Source: Planctomycetia bacterium (GTDB lineage Bacteria > Planctomycetota > Planctomycetia > Pirellulales > UBA1268). From it: a stretch of 64,000 nt of DNA. The stretch's first letter is position 1; each line of letters opens with the position of its first letter. Positions 1 to 8,215 of this stretch are shown in pieces. The notes below the pieces were generated by a model. The model was given only the letters and a program-made list of their open reading frames with translations, was not told the origin of the DNA and did no database searches. The stretch is taken from assembly GCA_037129475.1 (NCBI GenBank), contig JBAXUY010000002.1, positions 50,170 to 114,169 on the forward strand, read 5' to 3'. The translations under genes and the position numbers were made by a program.

Positions 1-729
1 CGGGCGGAACCCGGCCTCGTCGAGCCTGCCCGCGAGCAGCGGCAGGAACGCCGGCACCCACACCGCGCCGTGTCGAAACGTGACCGGCGGCTGGAAGCGT
101 GGGCCCGCCGCCACGAGCGACCCGCGTTGCATGCCGTGCCCTGCCTCCGGGCCCACGACGCCGGCCACGAGCACCGTGCCGGCCCGCAGTTCGAAGGCCG
201 CTGCCGGTCCGCAGTCGCCGCCGATCGCGAGGATGCCGCGTCGCATCCGGGCGCCGGCGAGGCAGCCCGCGTTGCCGGCGATCGTCACGAGCCCGCCGCG
301 CATGCCATGCCGGCTGCCGGGGAGCGCCGCGGCAGCGTTGTCGCCGGCAGCGCCGGCCACGTGCACCGTGCCGCCGGTCATCTCGCAGGCGAGCCAGTCG
401 CCGGCGTCGCCGTGAATCGTGAGCGTGCCGCCCGCCATGCCTTCGCCGGCATGCCGACCCACGTTCCCCGTCACCACGATCTCGCCCCTCGTCATGCCCG
501 CGGCGAGGCGATGCACGCGGGAGAAGTCGCCGCGGCATTCGATCCGGCCGTCGGCCGCATCTCCCGCGATCCGAAACAACGTGCCAAGGTCGGCGGGGCG
601 CTCATCGGCATGAACGACCAGCCTGCCGAGAGCGTCGGCCGACAGCTGCGCGACCCGATCAGGAACGACGCCGGCCAGGTCGATCGACAAGGCTCCGCAG
701 GTGGCGAGCGGTTCGAGGACGAGCGGCAT
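1..729 (-). CDS. fhcC: Formylmethanofuran dehydrogenase subunit C-like protein (FwdC/FhcC family), 3' end cut by window edge
   Basis: Absent from the ORF track because it runs off the window. My minus-strand translation from the ATG at 729..727 stays open to position 1 (243 codons). It begins MPLVLEPLATCGALSIDLAG. It continues with repeated GXGXG-type units (GEIVVTGNVGRHAGEGMAGGTLTIHGDAGDWLACEMTGGTVHVAGAAGD ... MRGGLVTIAGNAGCLAGARMRRGILAIGGD) typical of FwdC. Confidence 0.65.
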   Translation of the reverse strand, partial: MPLVLEPLATCGALSIDLAGVVPDRVAQLSADALGRLVVHADERPADLGTLFRIAGDAADGRIECRGDFSRVHRLAAGMTRGEIVVTGNVGRHAGEGMAGGTLTIHGDAGDWLACEMTGGTVHVAGAAGDNAAAALPGSRHGMRGGLVTIAGNAGCLAGARMRRGILAIGGDCGPAAAFELRAGTVLVAGVVGPEAGHGMQRGSLVAAGPRFQPPVTFRHGAVWVPAFLPLLAGRLDEAGFRP

Positions 730-820
730 GCGGAGGGGCCTTCTCCGGGTAAACGTGCGGGGCCGCGGAGAGGCGTGCTCCCCGCGGCCCCGATGATACC
801 GTGTGCCGGCGTCCGGCAGG

Positions 821-1312
821 CTACTTCGTGAGCACGGGCACCTTCCGCGACGTGGCCGACGGCGACTTCGTGAGTTCGACCATCAGCACGCCCTTGTCGT
901 AACGGGCCGTGACCTTCGCCGGGTCGACCGACTCGGGCAGGGGGATCGCCCGGCTGAAAGCGCCGTAGTGGCTCTCGCAGTGCGACCAGCCCTCGCCCGA
1001 CTCCTCGGTGCACGACTTCTTCTCACCGGAGATCATGAGCCGGTCGCCCGACACGCTCACGTCGACGTCCTTCGGGTCGATGCCCGGCAACTCTGCCCGC
1101 ACGCGGATCTGTTTGTCGGTCTCCGAGAGATCGATCGCCGGCATCCACTGCCCCGGCTCCGAGGCCTCGAACCAGCCGGGCGTAAAGCCCGTCGGCCGGC
1201 TGAAGAAGCCCTCGAACAGACGGTTCATCTCGTTGCGAAAATCGGCCAGGGTGGCGAGGCTGCCCCCCTCCATGCCGGTGGTGCGCTTCGTGCGAAAAGG
1301 AATCAAACTCAT
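821..1312 (-). CDS. Hsp20/alpha-crystallin family small heat-shock protein
   Basis: ORF 821..1417 trimmed to the internal ATG at 1312 (MSLIPFRTKR...), which has AAGGAG 8 nt upstream. Alpha-crystallin core: PAIDLSETDKQIRVRAELPGIDPKDVDVSVSGDRLMISGEKK ... GAFSRAIPLPESVDPAKVTARYDKGVLMVEL. Confidence 0.9.
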   Translation of the reverse strand: MSLIPFRTKRTTGMEGGSLATLADFRNEMNRLFEGFFSRPTGFTPGWFEASEPGQWMPAIDLSETDKQIRVRAELPGIDPKDVDVSVSGDRLMISGEKKSCTEESGEGWSHCESHYGAFSRAIPLPESVDPAKVTARYDKGVLMVELTKSPSATSRKVPVLTK

Positions 1313-1376
1313 GAGACGGTCTCCTTTTCTTCGGAAGGGTGAAACGGAACACGACAAGACAACTGGGCAGGTCGCC

Positions 1377-1396
1377 GGCCCGTGGTTCCACGGGCC
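1377..1396 (-). terminator. GC-rich hairpin just downstream of the middle Hsp20 gene
   Basis: GGCCCGTGG-TT-CCACGGGCC, a perfect 9 bp stem about 20 nt after the stop at 1417..1419. No clear U-tract, so terminator function is uncertain. Confidence 0.3.
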
Positions 1397-1416
1397 CGCG
1401 CCGGGGTCCTCCGACA

Positions 1417-1809
1417 TCAGCCCGCGCGGACCTCGACCTTGCGTGGACGCACGGCCGCGAGCCGCGGCACGTGGATCGTGAGCACGCCGTGGCGATACGT
1501 GGCCGTGATCTGCGAGGCGTCGAAGTCGTCGCCCAAACGGAACGACCGCCGATAGTCGCCGATGCCATATTCCTGACGGATGGCGCGGCCGGGCAGTTCG
1601 CGGGCCGGCACCTTCGCGTGGAGCGAGAGCACGCCGTCCTCGAACGACACGTCGATGCCATCGGTGCGGGCACCGGGGATGTCGGCAACGATCAACACCT
1701 CCGGGCCGCAGTCGCAGATGTCGACGTTGGGCTGGTAGGTGAGGGTGGTTTCAGCCTGGGCCGGCGCGGCTCCGGCCCGTTCTTCGGTCTTCGTGATGGT
1801 GGGAGTCAT
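1417..1809 (-). CDS. Hsp20/alpha-crystallin family small heat-shock protein
   Basis: 130 aa ORF with GGAGA upstream of the ATG. Motifs: NVDICDCGPEVLIVADIPGARTDGIDVSFEDGVLSLHAKV ... YRRSFRLGDDFDASQITATYRHGVLTIHVP. Confidence 0.9.
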   Translation of the reverse strand: MTPTITKTEERAGAAPAQAETTLTYQPNVDICDCGPEVLIVADIPGARTDGIDVSFEDGVLSLHAKVPARELPGRAIRQEYGIGDYRRSFRLGDDFDASQITATYRHGVLTIHVPRLAAVRPRKVEVRAG

Positions 1810-1853
1810 GGATTGTTTCTCCGAACGGGAAAGGTGGGGGTGATGGAACGGGG

Positions 1854-2348
1854 TCAGGCCGAGCGGACCTGCACCTTGTGGGGCTGGGCCTCGGGCGCCT
1901 TCGGGCAGGTCACGGTGAGCACGCCGTCGGTGAGCCGCGCCTCCACCCGGGCGGCGTCGACCGCCACGGGCAGTGTGATCCGCCGCTCGAAGGTGCCGGT
2001 GCCACGTTCGCGACGGTGCCAGGTGACGGCGGGCTTCCGTTCGCCGTTGCCTTTCCCGCCGGTCGGCTCGGTCGTGGGGCCCTGCGGCTCCGGCCGCGAG
2101 CCTTTCAAGACGAGTTCGTCACCCGTCACGGCGATGTCGACACCGCCCGCGTCGAGGCCGGGCACTTCCGCCTCGACCACGATGGCGTCGTCGGTTTCAC
2201 GGACGTTGACGGCGGGGAACGCGGTCGTCGACGGCTGGCTGCCCCAGCCGTGCAACGGCGGGGCCGCCACGAGGTTGCCCCAGAGGCGATCAAACTCGTC
2301 GCGCAGTTCGTCGAGTGGGTGCGCGAAGCCCGTACGGTAGGTCTGCAT
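1854..2348 (-). CDS. Hsp20/alpha-crystallin family small heat-shock protein
   Basis: ORF 1854..2459 trimmed to the ATG at 2348 (MQTYRTGF...), which has GGAG 6 nt upstream. The ATG at 2360 is an alternative. Motifs: PAVNVRETDDAIVVEAEVPGLDAGGVDIAVTGDELVLKG ... GTFERRITLPVAVDAARVEARLTDGVLTVTCPK. Confidence 0.85.
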   Translation of the reverse strand: MQTYRTGFAHPLDELRDEFDRLWGNLVAAPPLHGWGSQPSTTAFPAVNVRETDDAIVVEAEVPGLDAGGVDIAVTGDELVLKGSRPEPQGPTTEPTGGKGNGERKPAVTWHRRERGTGTFERRITLPVAVDAARVEARLTDGVLTVTCPKAPEAQPHKVQVRSA

Positions 2349-2790
2349 CGCTGACTCCATGAACAGGGAGGGAAAGAACAGGCAAAACCGCGGTTCTGCT
2401 TTCCGGCCGCCGTCCATGGAACGCGATGAATCATTCGCGCGGACCGCACCGAAAAACAAATCGCCGCCGGCCGTGGGGCACGAAAAAGCAAAGTCCGTGC
2501 CAACGGCGCGGCGTTGGTGTTCGGCCGTGCACGCGGCAAAAAACCCCCGAAGAAACGGCCGGCGCGCCGCCCCGTCGGCCTCCTCGTGAAACTCTGCGGG
2601 TCGTGACGGCTGTCAGGTTGGCAGCACCCCGAAATCACCTCTGGCAGCCGGAGCGGACGGTTGTGGGGGGGTCGGGAACGCCATAGACTGCTGGCCTGTG
2701 AACGGACTCGCTTGACGCGAGCATGGCATCCACCCGGCGGCGGGTGGTCGTGCCGGCCGGAATCGTCACTCTCGTCGCAATGGATTTCTC

Positions 2791-3375
2791 ATGCGTTTCA
2801 CGCTCCTCGACCGCGTCGTCGCCATCGATCCAGGCAAGAGCATCACCGCGATCAAGACACTCTCGCTCTCCGAGGAATACCTCGCCGACCACTTCCCGCG
2901 GTTTCCCGTGATGCCGGGCGTGCTGATGCTCGAGGCGATGACGCAGGCAGCCGCCTGGACGATCCGGCTTGCCGAAGACTTCGCCCACAGCATCGTGGTG
3001 CTCCGATCGGCGAAGAACGTGAAGTATGGCGATTTCGTCGAGCCGGGCCGGGTGCTCACGGTGACGGCCGAGGTGCTCTCGCAGGACGCGACGACCACGA
3101 AGGTGAAGGCGAGCGGCACCGTCTCGAGCGCCGGCGGCGAGCGCACGAGCCTGACGGCCCGCCTCGTGCTCGAGCGCTACAACATGGCCGACCGTCTCCC
3201 GCACGGCGATGCGATCGACGCCCGCGTGCGATCCGAGATGCGGAAACTGTGGGCCGTTCTCCACCCGGCCGGCCGGTCGGGGGGGACGCCGCGGCGGATG
3301 GTCTACGGAGCGGGTGCAGGAGGTCTCGTCGACGCTCCGCTGCCCGTCGCCGGGGCGGCGACGTTTGCCCGCTGA
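2791..3375 (+). CDS. FabZ/FabA-like 3-hydroxyacyl-ACP dehydratase (hotdog fold)
   Basis: The N-terminal 130 aa resemble FabZ: LSEEYLADHFPRFPVMPGVLMLEAMTQAAAW ... VKYGDFVEPGRVLTVTAEV. The C-terminal 50 aa or so are low-complexity. Confidence 0.7.
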   Translation: MRFTLLDRVVAIDPGKSITAIKTLSLSEEYLADHFPRFPVMPGVLMLEAMTQAAAWTIRLAEDFAHSIVVLRSAKNVKYGDFVEPGRVLTVTAEVLSQDATTTKVKASGTVSSAGGERTSLTARLVLERYNMADRLPHGDAIDARVRSEMRKLWAVLHPAGRSGGTPRRMVYGAGAGGLVDAPLPVAGAATFAR

Positions 3376-3551
3376 GAGGCGCATGGCCCGGCGGAACCGG
3401 CGTCGGCAGGCTGATTTTTGCGGGTTTTTCGCCCACGGGCGTAGAAATCGGTGCTTTTCGGGTTTCCACGTGGCGGCGCCGACATTACCTTGTGTCGCAG
3501 TCAACATGATTCCTGTTTCGTCTCGTTCCCCGTTTTCGAGGTGCCAGTTCG

Positions 3552-3938
3552 ATGCCGTCGCGCGATGAAATTTACGAAAAGGTCAAGGCCGCCCTGGTGG
3601 ACGCCCTCGGCGTCGATGACGACGAAGTCTCGCCCGCGGCGACCATGGTGGGAGATCTCGGTGCCGAGTCGATCGACTTCCTCGACATCGTGTTCCGCCT
3701 CGAGAAGGCCTTCGGCATCAAGATTCCGCGCGGCGAACTGTTTCCCGAAGACGTGCTCTCGAGCTCCGAATTCGTGACCAACGGCAAGGTCAACGCGGCC
3801 GGTATCGCCGCCCTCAAGGCCCGCATGCCGTTCGCCGATCTGGCGAAGTTCGAGGCCAACCCCAGCGTGCAAAACTTTGCCAACACGCTCACCGTGGAAG
3901 ACATGGTGCGCTACGTGCAGGGCAAGTTGGCGGCCTGA
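3552..3938 (+). CDS. Acyl carrier protein, unusually long (128 aa)
   Basis: ACP helix II region GDLGAESIDFLDIVFRLEKAFGIKIP carries the Ser attachment site in an ESID context (DSL-like). It is followed by a C-terminal extension of about 60 aa. GAGGTG lies upstream of the ATG. Confidence 0.8.
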   Translation: MPSRDEIYEKVKAALVDALGVDDDEVSPAATMVGDLGAESIDFLDIVFRLEKAFGIKIPRGELFPEDVLSSSEFVTNGKVNAAGIAALKARMPFADLAKFEANPSVQNFANTLTVEDMVRYVQGKLAA

Positions 3939-3939
3939 C

Positions 3940-4440
3940 ATGCGCTGGTTTTGGATCGATCGTTTCGACGAGTTCGTCCGCGGCAAGCATGCCACGGCCG
4001 TGAAGAACGTGTCGCTCGCCGAAGAGCACATGCACGACCACTTCCCGGGCGTGGCCTTGATGCCGAACTCGCTCGTCGTGGAGGGCATGGCCCAGACGGC
4101 CGGGCTGCTCGTGGCCGACGCCATCGAGTTCAACCGCCGGGTCGTGCTCGCGAAGGTGGCAGGGGCCGAATTTCATTTCGACGCCGTGCCCGGCGACACG
4201 CTGCGGTTCGAGGCGACGATCCTCGACCTCAAGCCGACCGGCTCGCTCTGCAAGGTGACGAGCACGGTGGGTGAGCGGTTGCAGGGCGAGGCGGAGTTGT
4301 TCTTCGCCCACCTCGAGCCGGGGGAAGGGGTGCCGAAACTGTTCGAGCCCGACGAACTGCTCCAGTGGCTCGACCAGATGCACATCTACGACGTGGGGCG
4401 CGACGAAGCCGGGCGGCCGCTCGCGCGGCCCGATTGGTGA
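3940..4440 (+). CDS. FabZ/FabA-like dehydratase (second hotdog-fold protein)
   Basis: ORF 3877..4440 trimmed to the ATG at 3940, 1 nt after the ACP stop. MRWFWIDRFDEF ... LAEEHMHDHFPGVALMPNSLVVEGMAQTAGLL ... matches the FabZ-type active-site region. Confidence 0.7.
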   Translation: MRWFWIDRFDEFVRGKHATAVKNVSLAEEHMHDHFPGVALMPNSLVVEGMAQTAGLLVADAIEFNRRVVLAKVAGAEFHFDAVPGDTLRFEATILDLKPTGSLCKVTSTVGERLQGEAELFFAHLEPGEGVPKLFEPDELLQWLDQMHIYDVGRDEAGRPLARPDW

Positions 4441-4493
4441 GTCATCAGGCCGGCGTGCACGCGAGGCCGTCGGCACGGGAAGGAAGCGAGCGA

Positions 4494-5783
4494 GTGGCCG
4501 GCAGACGCAGGGTGGTGATCACTGGAATGGGGCTCGTCACGCCGCTCGGCGTGCGCGTGGAGGAACTCTGGAAGAATCTCATGGCCGGCGCCTCGGGCGT
4601 GGGCCTGACCACCGTCTTCGACGCCTCGCGGTTTCCCACGAAGATCTCGGCCGAGGTTCGCAACTGGGACATCACCGACGAGGGGCAGGACGCCAAGCAC
4701 TGGCACTTCTGCGGTCGGCATACGAAGTTCGCTGCGGGTGCGGCCCTCCAGGCGATGCGTGATGCCGGCTTGGAGAAGGGCCTGCCCGCCGATCCCACAC
4801 GGCTCGGCGTGTATCTCGGCAGCGGCGAGGGGCAGCAGGATTTCGATTCCTTCACGAGCATGATGATGGCCGCGATCTCGGGCGACACGCTCGACGTGGC
4901 CAAGTTCACGAAGCTCGGCCTCGAGACGCTCCATCCGCTCTCCGAAGTGGAGCAGGAGCCGAACATGCCCGCCGGCCACCTCGCCGGCATGTTCGACGCC
5001 CAGGGTCCGAATCTCAACTGCCTCACGGCCTGTGCCGCGTCGAGCCAGGCGATCGGCGAGGCGGCCGAGCTCGTGCGCCGCGGCGACGCCGACGTGATGC
5101 TCTCCGGCGGCACGCACTCGATGATCCATCCCTTCGGCGTGACGGGCTTCAACCTGCTCACGGCCCTCTCCACCCGCAACGACGAGCCGACGCGGGCGAG
5201 TCGTCCCTTCGACAACGAGCGAGACGGCTTCGTGCTCGGTGAGGGGGCCGCGATGGTGGTGCTCGAGGAGCTCGAGCATGCGAAGAAACGGGGCGCGAAG
5301 ATCCACGGTGAACTGCTCGGCTACGGGTCGACGGCCGACGCCTACCGGATCACCGACACACATCCCGAGGGCCGTGGGGCCGCCGCCTGCATCACGATGG
5401 CGCTCAAGGACGCCGGCCTCGGCACGCACGACATCCACTACATCAACGCCCACGGCACGAGCACCGACGTCAACGACAAGGTCGAGACGCTCGCCATCAA
5501 GAAGGTGTTCGGGGAGCACGCCTACAAGATCCCCGTGTCGAGCACGAAGAGCATGATGGGACACCTGATCGCGGCCGCTGGCGCCACCGAACTGATCGTC
5601 TGCCTGCTGGCGATCCGCGACGGCATGCTGCCGCCGACGATCAACTACGAACATCCCGACCCCAACTGCGACCTCGACTACGTGCCGAACAAGTCGCGCC
5701 CGGGGAAGTGCGACCGCGCCCTCTCCAATAGCTTCGGGTTCGGCGGCCAAAACATCGCGCTGATCGTGGGCCGCTACGCGTAG
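4494..5783 (+). CDS. fabF: Beta-ketoacyl-ACP synthase II-like condensing enzyme
   Basis: Motifs: RRVVITGMGLVTPLG, active-site Cys in LTACAASSQAIGEA, NAHGTSTDVND, SSTKSMMGHLIAAAGA, NSFGFGGQN. Start placed at the GTG at 4494 after GGAAGGAAG. The GTG at 4437 (GTGA overlap with the upstream stop) or 4365 are alternatives. Confidence 0.9.
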   Translation: MAGRRRVVITGMGLVTPLGVRVEELWKNLMAGASGVGLTTVFDASRFPTKISAEVRNWDITDEGQDAKHWHFCGRHTKFAAGAALQAMRDAGLEKGLPADPTRLGVYLGSGEGQQDFDSFTSMMMAAISGDTLDVAKFTKLGLETLHPLSEVEQEPNMPAGHLAGMFDAQGPNLNCLTACAASSQAIGEAAELVRRGDADVMLSGGTHSMIHPFGVTGFNLLTALSTRNDEPTRASRPFDNERDGFVLGEGAAMVVLEELEHAKKRGAKIHGELLGYGSTADAYRITDTHPEGRGAAACITMALKDAGLGTHDIHYINAHGTSTDVNDKVETLAIKKVFGEHAYKIPVSSTKSMMGHLIAAAGATELIVCLLAIRDGMLPPTINYEHPDPNCDLDYVPNKSRPGKCDRALSNSFGFGGQNIALIVGRYA

Positions 5784-5792
5784 GCGCCGTCT

Positions 5793-5838
5793 GGCACGCT
5801 TCCCGCGTGCCGTTTGTGGGGCAAGCGTCCCGCTTGCC
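5793..5838 (+). terminator. Two tandem hairpins after the fabF-like gene
   Basis: GGCACGC-TTCCC-GCGTGCC (5793..5811) and GGCAAGC-GTCCC-GCTTGCC (5820..5838), each followed by GTTYGTG. The C:G to A:T change between copies is compensated. They begin 10 nt after the stop. Confidence 0.4.
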
Positions 5839-5943
5839 GTTCGTGAGCCCCCCAGTCTGCCCAGCCTCGCGCCCGCAGGGTTTTCTCAACCGGTGCGACC
5901 GATGCGGCCGATACAACCCCTGAACCCTCAGGGAACCAGACCC

Positions 5944-6381
5944 ATGAAACGCGCCACCGGGCTTCTTTTGGCTGTCGCCGTGATCGGCATGTCGAGCGGC
6001 TGCTCGATCATCGACCGGCTCTTTCTCCTCAACACCGACGGCCCCTACGGCCACCACGCCCAGGGTGGCGGCGGATGCCGCGACGGGGCGTGCGAGAACG
6101 GCCAGTGCCAGGTCGGCGGGCCGTGCGAATCGTGCGGTCCCGGTGGCTGTCAGCCCGGCTGCCGCGACTGCGCCGCCGGCCACTGCAAGAAGCACGTCGG
6201 GCGGTATGGCGGCCTGGCCAAGCATCATCTTTCGCCCGCCGAGCGGGCGGCGCTCGCGGCCTCCGACTACGGGGCCACGCAGCCGGCCGGCCCGCCCACC
6301 GGCGCCGTCGCCTATCCGTATTACACGACCCGCGGCCCGCGCGACTTCCTCGCGAAGAACCCGCCCTCGATCGGGCCGTGA
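5944..6381 (+). CDS. Cys/Gly-rich lipoprotein, unknown function
   Basis: ORF 5893..6381 trimmed to MKRATGLLLAVAVIGMSSGC (signal peptide plus lipobox-like SSGC). Ten Cys lie in GGGGCRDGACENGQCQVGGPCESCGPGGCQPGCRDCAAGHC. C-terminal motif: YPYYTTRGPRDFLAKNPPSIGP. Confidence 0.6.
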   Translation: MKRATGLLLAVAVIGMSSGCSIIDRLFLLNTDGPYGHHAQGGGGCRDGACENGQCQVGGPCESCGPGGCQPGCRDCAAGHCKKHVGRYGGLAKHHLSPAERAALAASDYGATQPAGPPTGAVAYPYYTTRGPRDFLAKNPPSIGP

Positions 6382-6478
6382 TCGGGCCGCGGCCCGACTG
6401 CTCTCCTTTGCCGTGATCCAGCGCCGCCGATAGGCTTGCCGCCTGTCGGCGGTGTCGTTTTTGCAGGTGGAGGTATCC

Positions 6479-7984
6479 ATGCAGGGGAAGCAGGGCGGCG
6501 GTGTGGCGGCGGACGGTCGGCTTTCATTCACCGGCTGGCTCGTGTGCGCGATCGCGGCGATCGGGTTCGCGTTCGACATCTATGAGCTCCTGATGCTGCC
6601 GCTGATCATCAAGCCGGCGATCCAGGAGCTTTCGAAGCCGGAGATCGCGAGCCTCGTGGCGGGCGGCATGTCGCAGGCCGATGCCACGGCCCTGTGGATC
6701 CCGGGCGGCAAGAGCTACGTCGGCTGGGCGCGGACGCTGTTTTTCGTGCCGGCGATCGCCGGCGGCGTGTTCGGCCTCCTCGGCGGCTACCTCACCGATC
6801 TTCTGGGGCGCCGCCGCGTGCTCACGTTCAGCATCCTGCTCTATGCCTTCGCGGCGCTGGCGGCCGGCTTCGCCACGTCGCTGCCGCAGCTGCTCGTCTT
6901 TCGCTGCCTCGTGTTCATCGGCGTGTGCGTGGAGTTCGTGGCGGCAGTGGCGTGGCTGGCCGAGCTCTTCCCCGACCGCGAGCAGCGCGAGCGGGCCCTC
7001 GGCTGGACGCAGGCGTTTTCATCGCTCGGCGGTCTGCTCGTGGGCACGGCCAACATCCTCGCCGCGCGATTCGCCGACATCCTGCCGGCCATCCACGGCG
7101 GCCACGACGCCTGGCGCTACACGCTGATCTCGGGCGTGATCCCGGCGCTGCCGCTGATCCTCATCCGGCCGTTCCTCCCCGAAAGCCCCGTGTGGGCAGA
7201 GAAGAAGGCGGCCGGCACGCTCAAGCGGCCGAGCATCCGCGAGCTCTTCAGCCCGGCGCTCGTCCGCACGACGGTGCTCACGACGCTCGTGTTCGCGGCC
7301 AGCTACGGCATCGCGTTCGGCGCGATCCAGCAGCTGCCGCAGATCCTCGGCGGCCCGAAGGGGCATGCGGCGATTCTCGCGACCGCGAAGGCGGCGCAAG
7401 ACGAGGCCGTCGCCGCTGCGGAGCAGGCGGGCAAGCCCGCGTTGCCAGCCGGCAAGCTCAAGAGCATCGCGGGCAATGCCACCGACGAGGCGGTGGCCGG
7501 CGTCACGATCTTCCAGGAGGTGGGTGGCCTCGTCGGCCGCGTGCTGCTGGCGTGGGCCGCGCTCCGGGTGCTGAGCCGGCGGGCGCTCCTGCGGATGTTC
7601 CAGATTCCGGCGCTCGTCGTGGTGCCGGCGCTCTTCTGGTGGATTTCCACGCAGCTCACGAATAGCGACTCGCTGCCCTGGATCAAGGCGGGCATCTTCG
7701 TGGCCGGCCTGCTCACGGTGGCCCAGTTCAGCTTCTGGGGCAACTACATCCCGCACGTCTTCCCGACGCACCTTCGCGGCACGGGCGAGAGCTTCGCGGC
7801 CAACATCGGCGGCCGCGTGCTCGGCACGGCTGCCGCCTGGCTCACGCTCACGTTCTCGGCGGCCACGCCGCCCGATCCGATGCGGATCGCCGTCGTGGGC
7901 GCGATCGTGGCCGGCCTCTATGCCCTCATGGGCGCGATCCTCACGCAGTGGCTCCCCGAGCCCGACTCCTCGCTCGAGCACTGA
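6479..7984 (+). CDS. MFS transporter
   Basis: The ATG at 6479 is preceded by GGTGGAGGT. The protein is polytopic and hydrophobic, with an MFS loop motif (GGYLTDLLGRRRVL) and 12 or more predicted helices by eye. Confidence 0.85.
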   Translation: MQGKQGGGVAADGRLSFTGWLVCAIAAIGFAFDIYELLMLPLIIKPAIQELSKPEIASLVAGGMSQADATALWIPGGKSYVGWARTLFFVPAIAGGVFGLLGGYLTDLLGRRRVLTFSILLYAFAALAAGFATSLPQLLVFRCLVFIGVCVEFVAAVAWLAELFPDREQRERALGWTQAFSSLGGLLVGTANILAARFADILPAIHGGHDAWRYTLISGVIPALPLILIRPFLPESPVWAEKKAAGTLKRPSIRELFSPALVRTTVLTTLVFAASYGIAFGAIQQLPQILGGPKGHAAILATAKAAQDEAVAAAEQAGKPALPAGKLKSIAGNATDEAVAGVTIFQEVGGLVGRVLLAWAALRVLSRRALLRMFQIPALVVVPALFWWISTQLTNSDSLPWIKAGIFVAGLLTVAQFSFWGNYIPHVFPTHLRGTGESFAANIGGRVLGTAAAWLTLTFSAATPPDPMRIAVVGAIVAGLYALMGAILTQWLPEPDSSLEH

Positions 7985-8215
7985 GGAGCACAGGATTCAG
8001 ACCGTCAGTGACCGTGGCCGACGTTGAAACGGTGACGGGCTGACGCCCGTCCTCCGTCTGGCGGCGCGGCCTTGCGGTGGAGCGTCGCGGGTTTTCGCCG
8101 GTCGGCTGGGCCGACGTGAGACGGCGTGGCAGTCGTTGATTGCGAGTCGGCGCTCCCGCGGGCTATCCTGCAGGTCGTCACCCATGAGCGGTGACCGCGT
8201 CGTGGGAGTCGATCC

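Noticed and set aside
70-831. Plus-strand ORFs at the left edge (253 aa at 70..831, 111 aa, 107 aa).
   Set aside because: The opposite strand encodes a convincing FwdC/FhcC-like protein with GXGXG repeats. It is missing from the track only because it runs off the window.
2349-2790. A 440 bp gene-free region searched for a small RNA, CIRCE/ROSE elements or a small ORF. ORFs of 76 and 86 aa are listed there.
   Set aside because: The listed ORFs are Arg/Pro-rich with no start context. I found no convincing conserved regulatory motif or terminator. It is left as an unexplained divergent promoter region.
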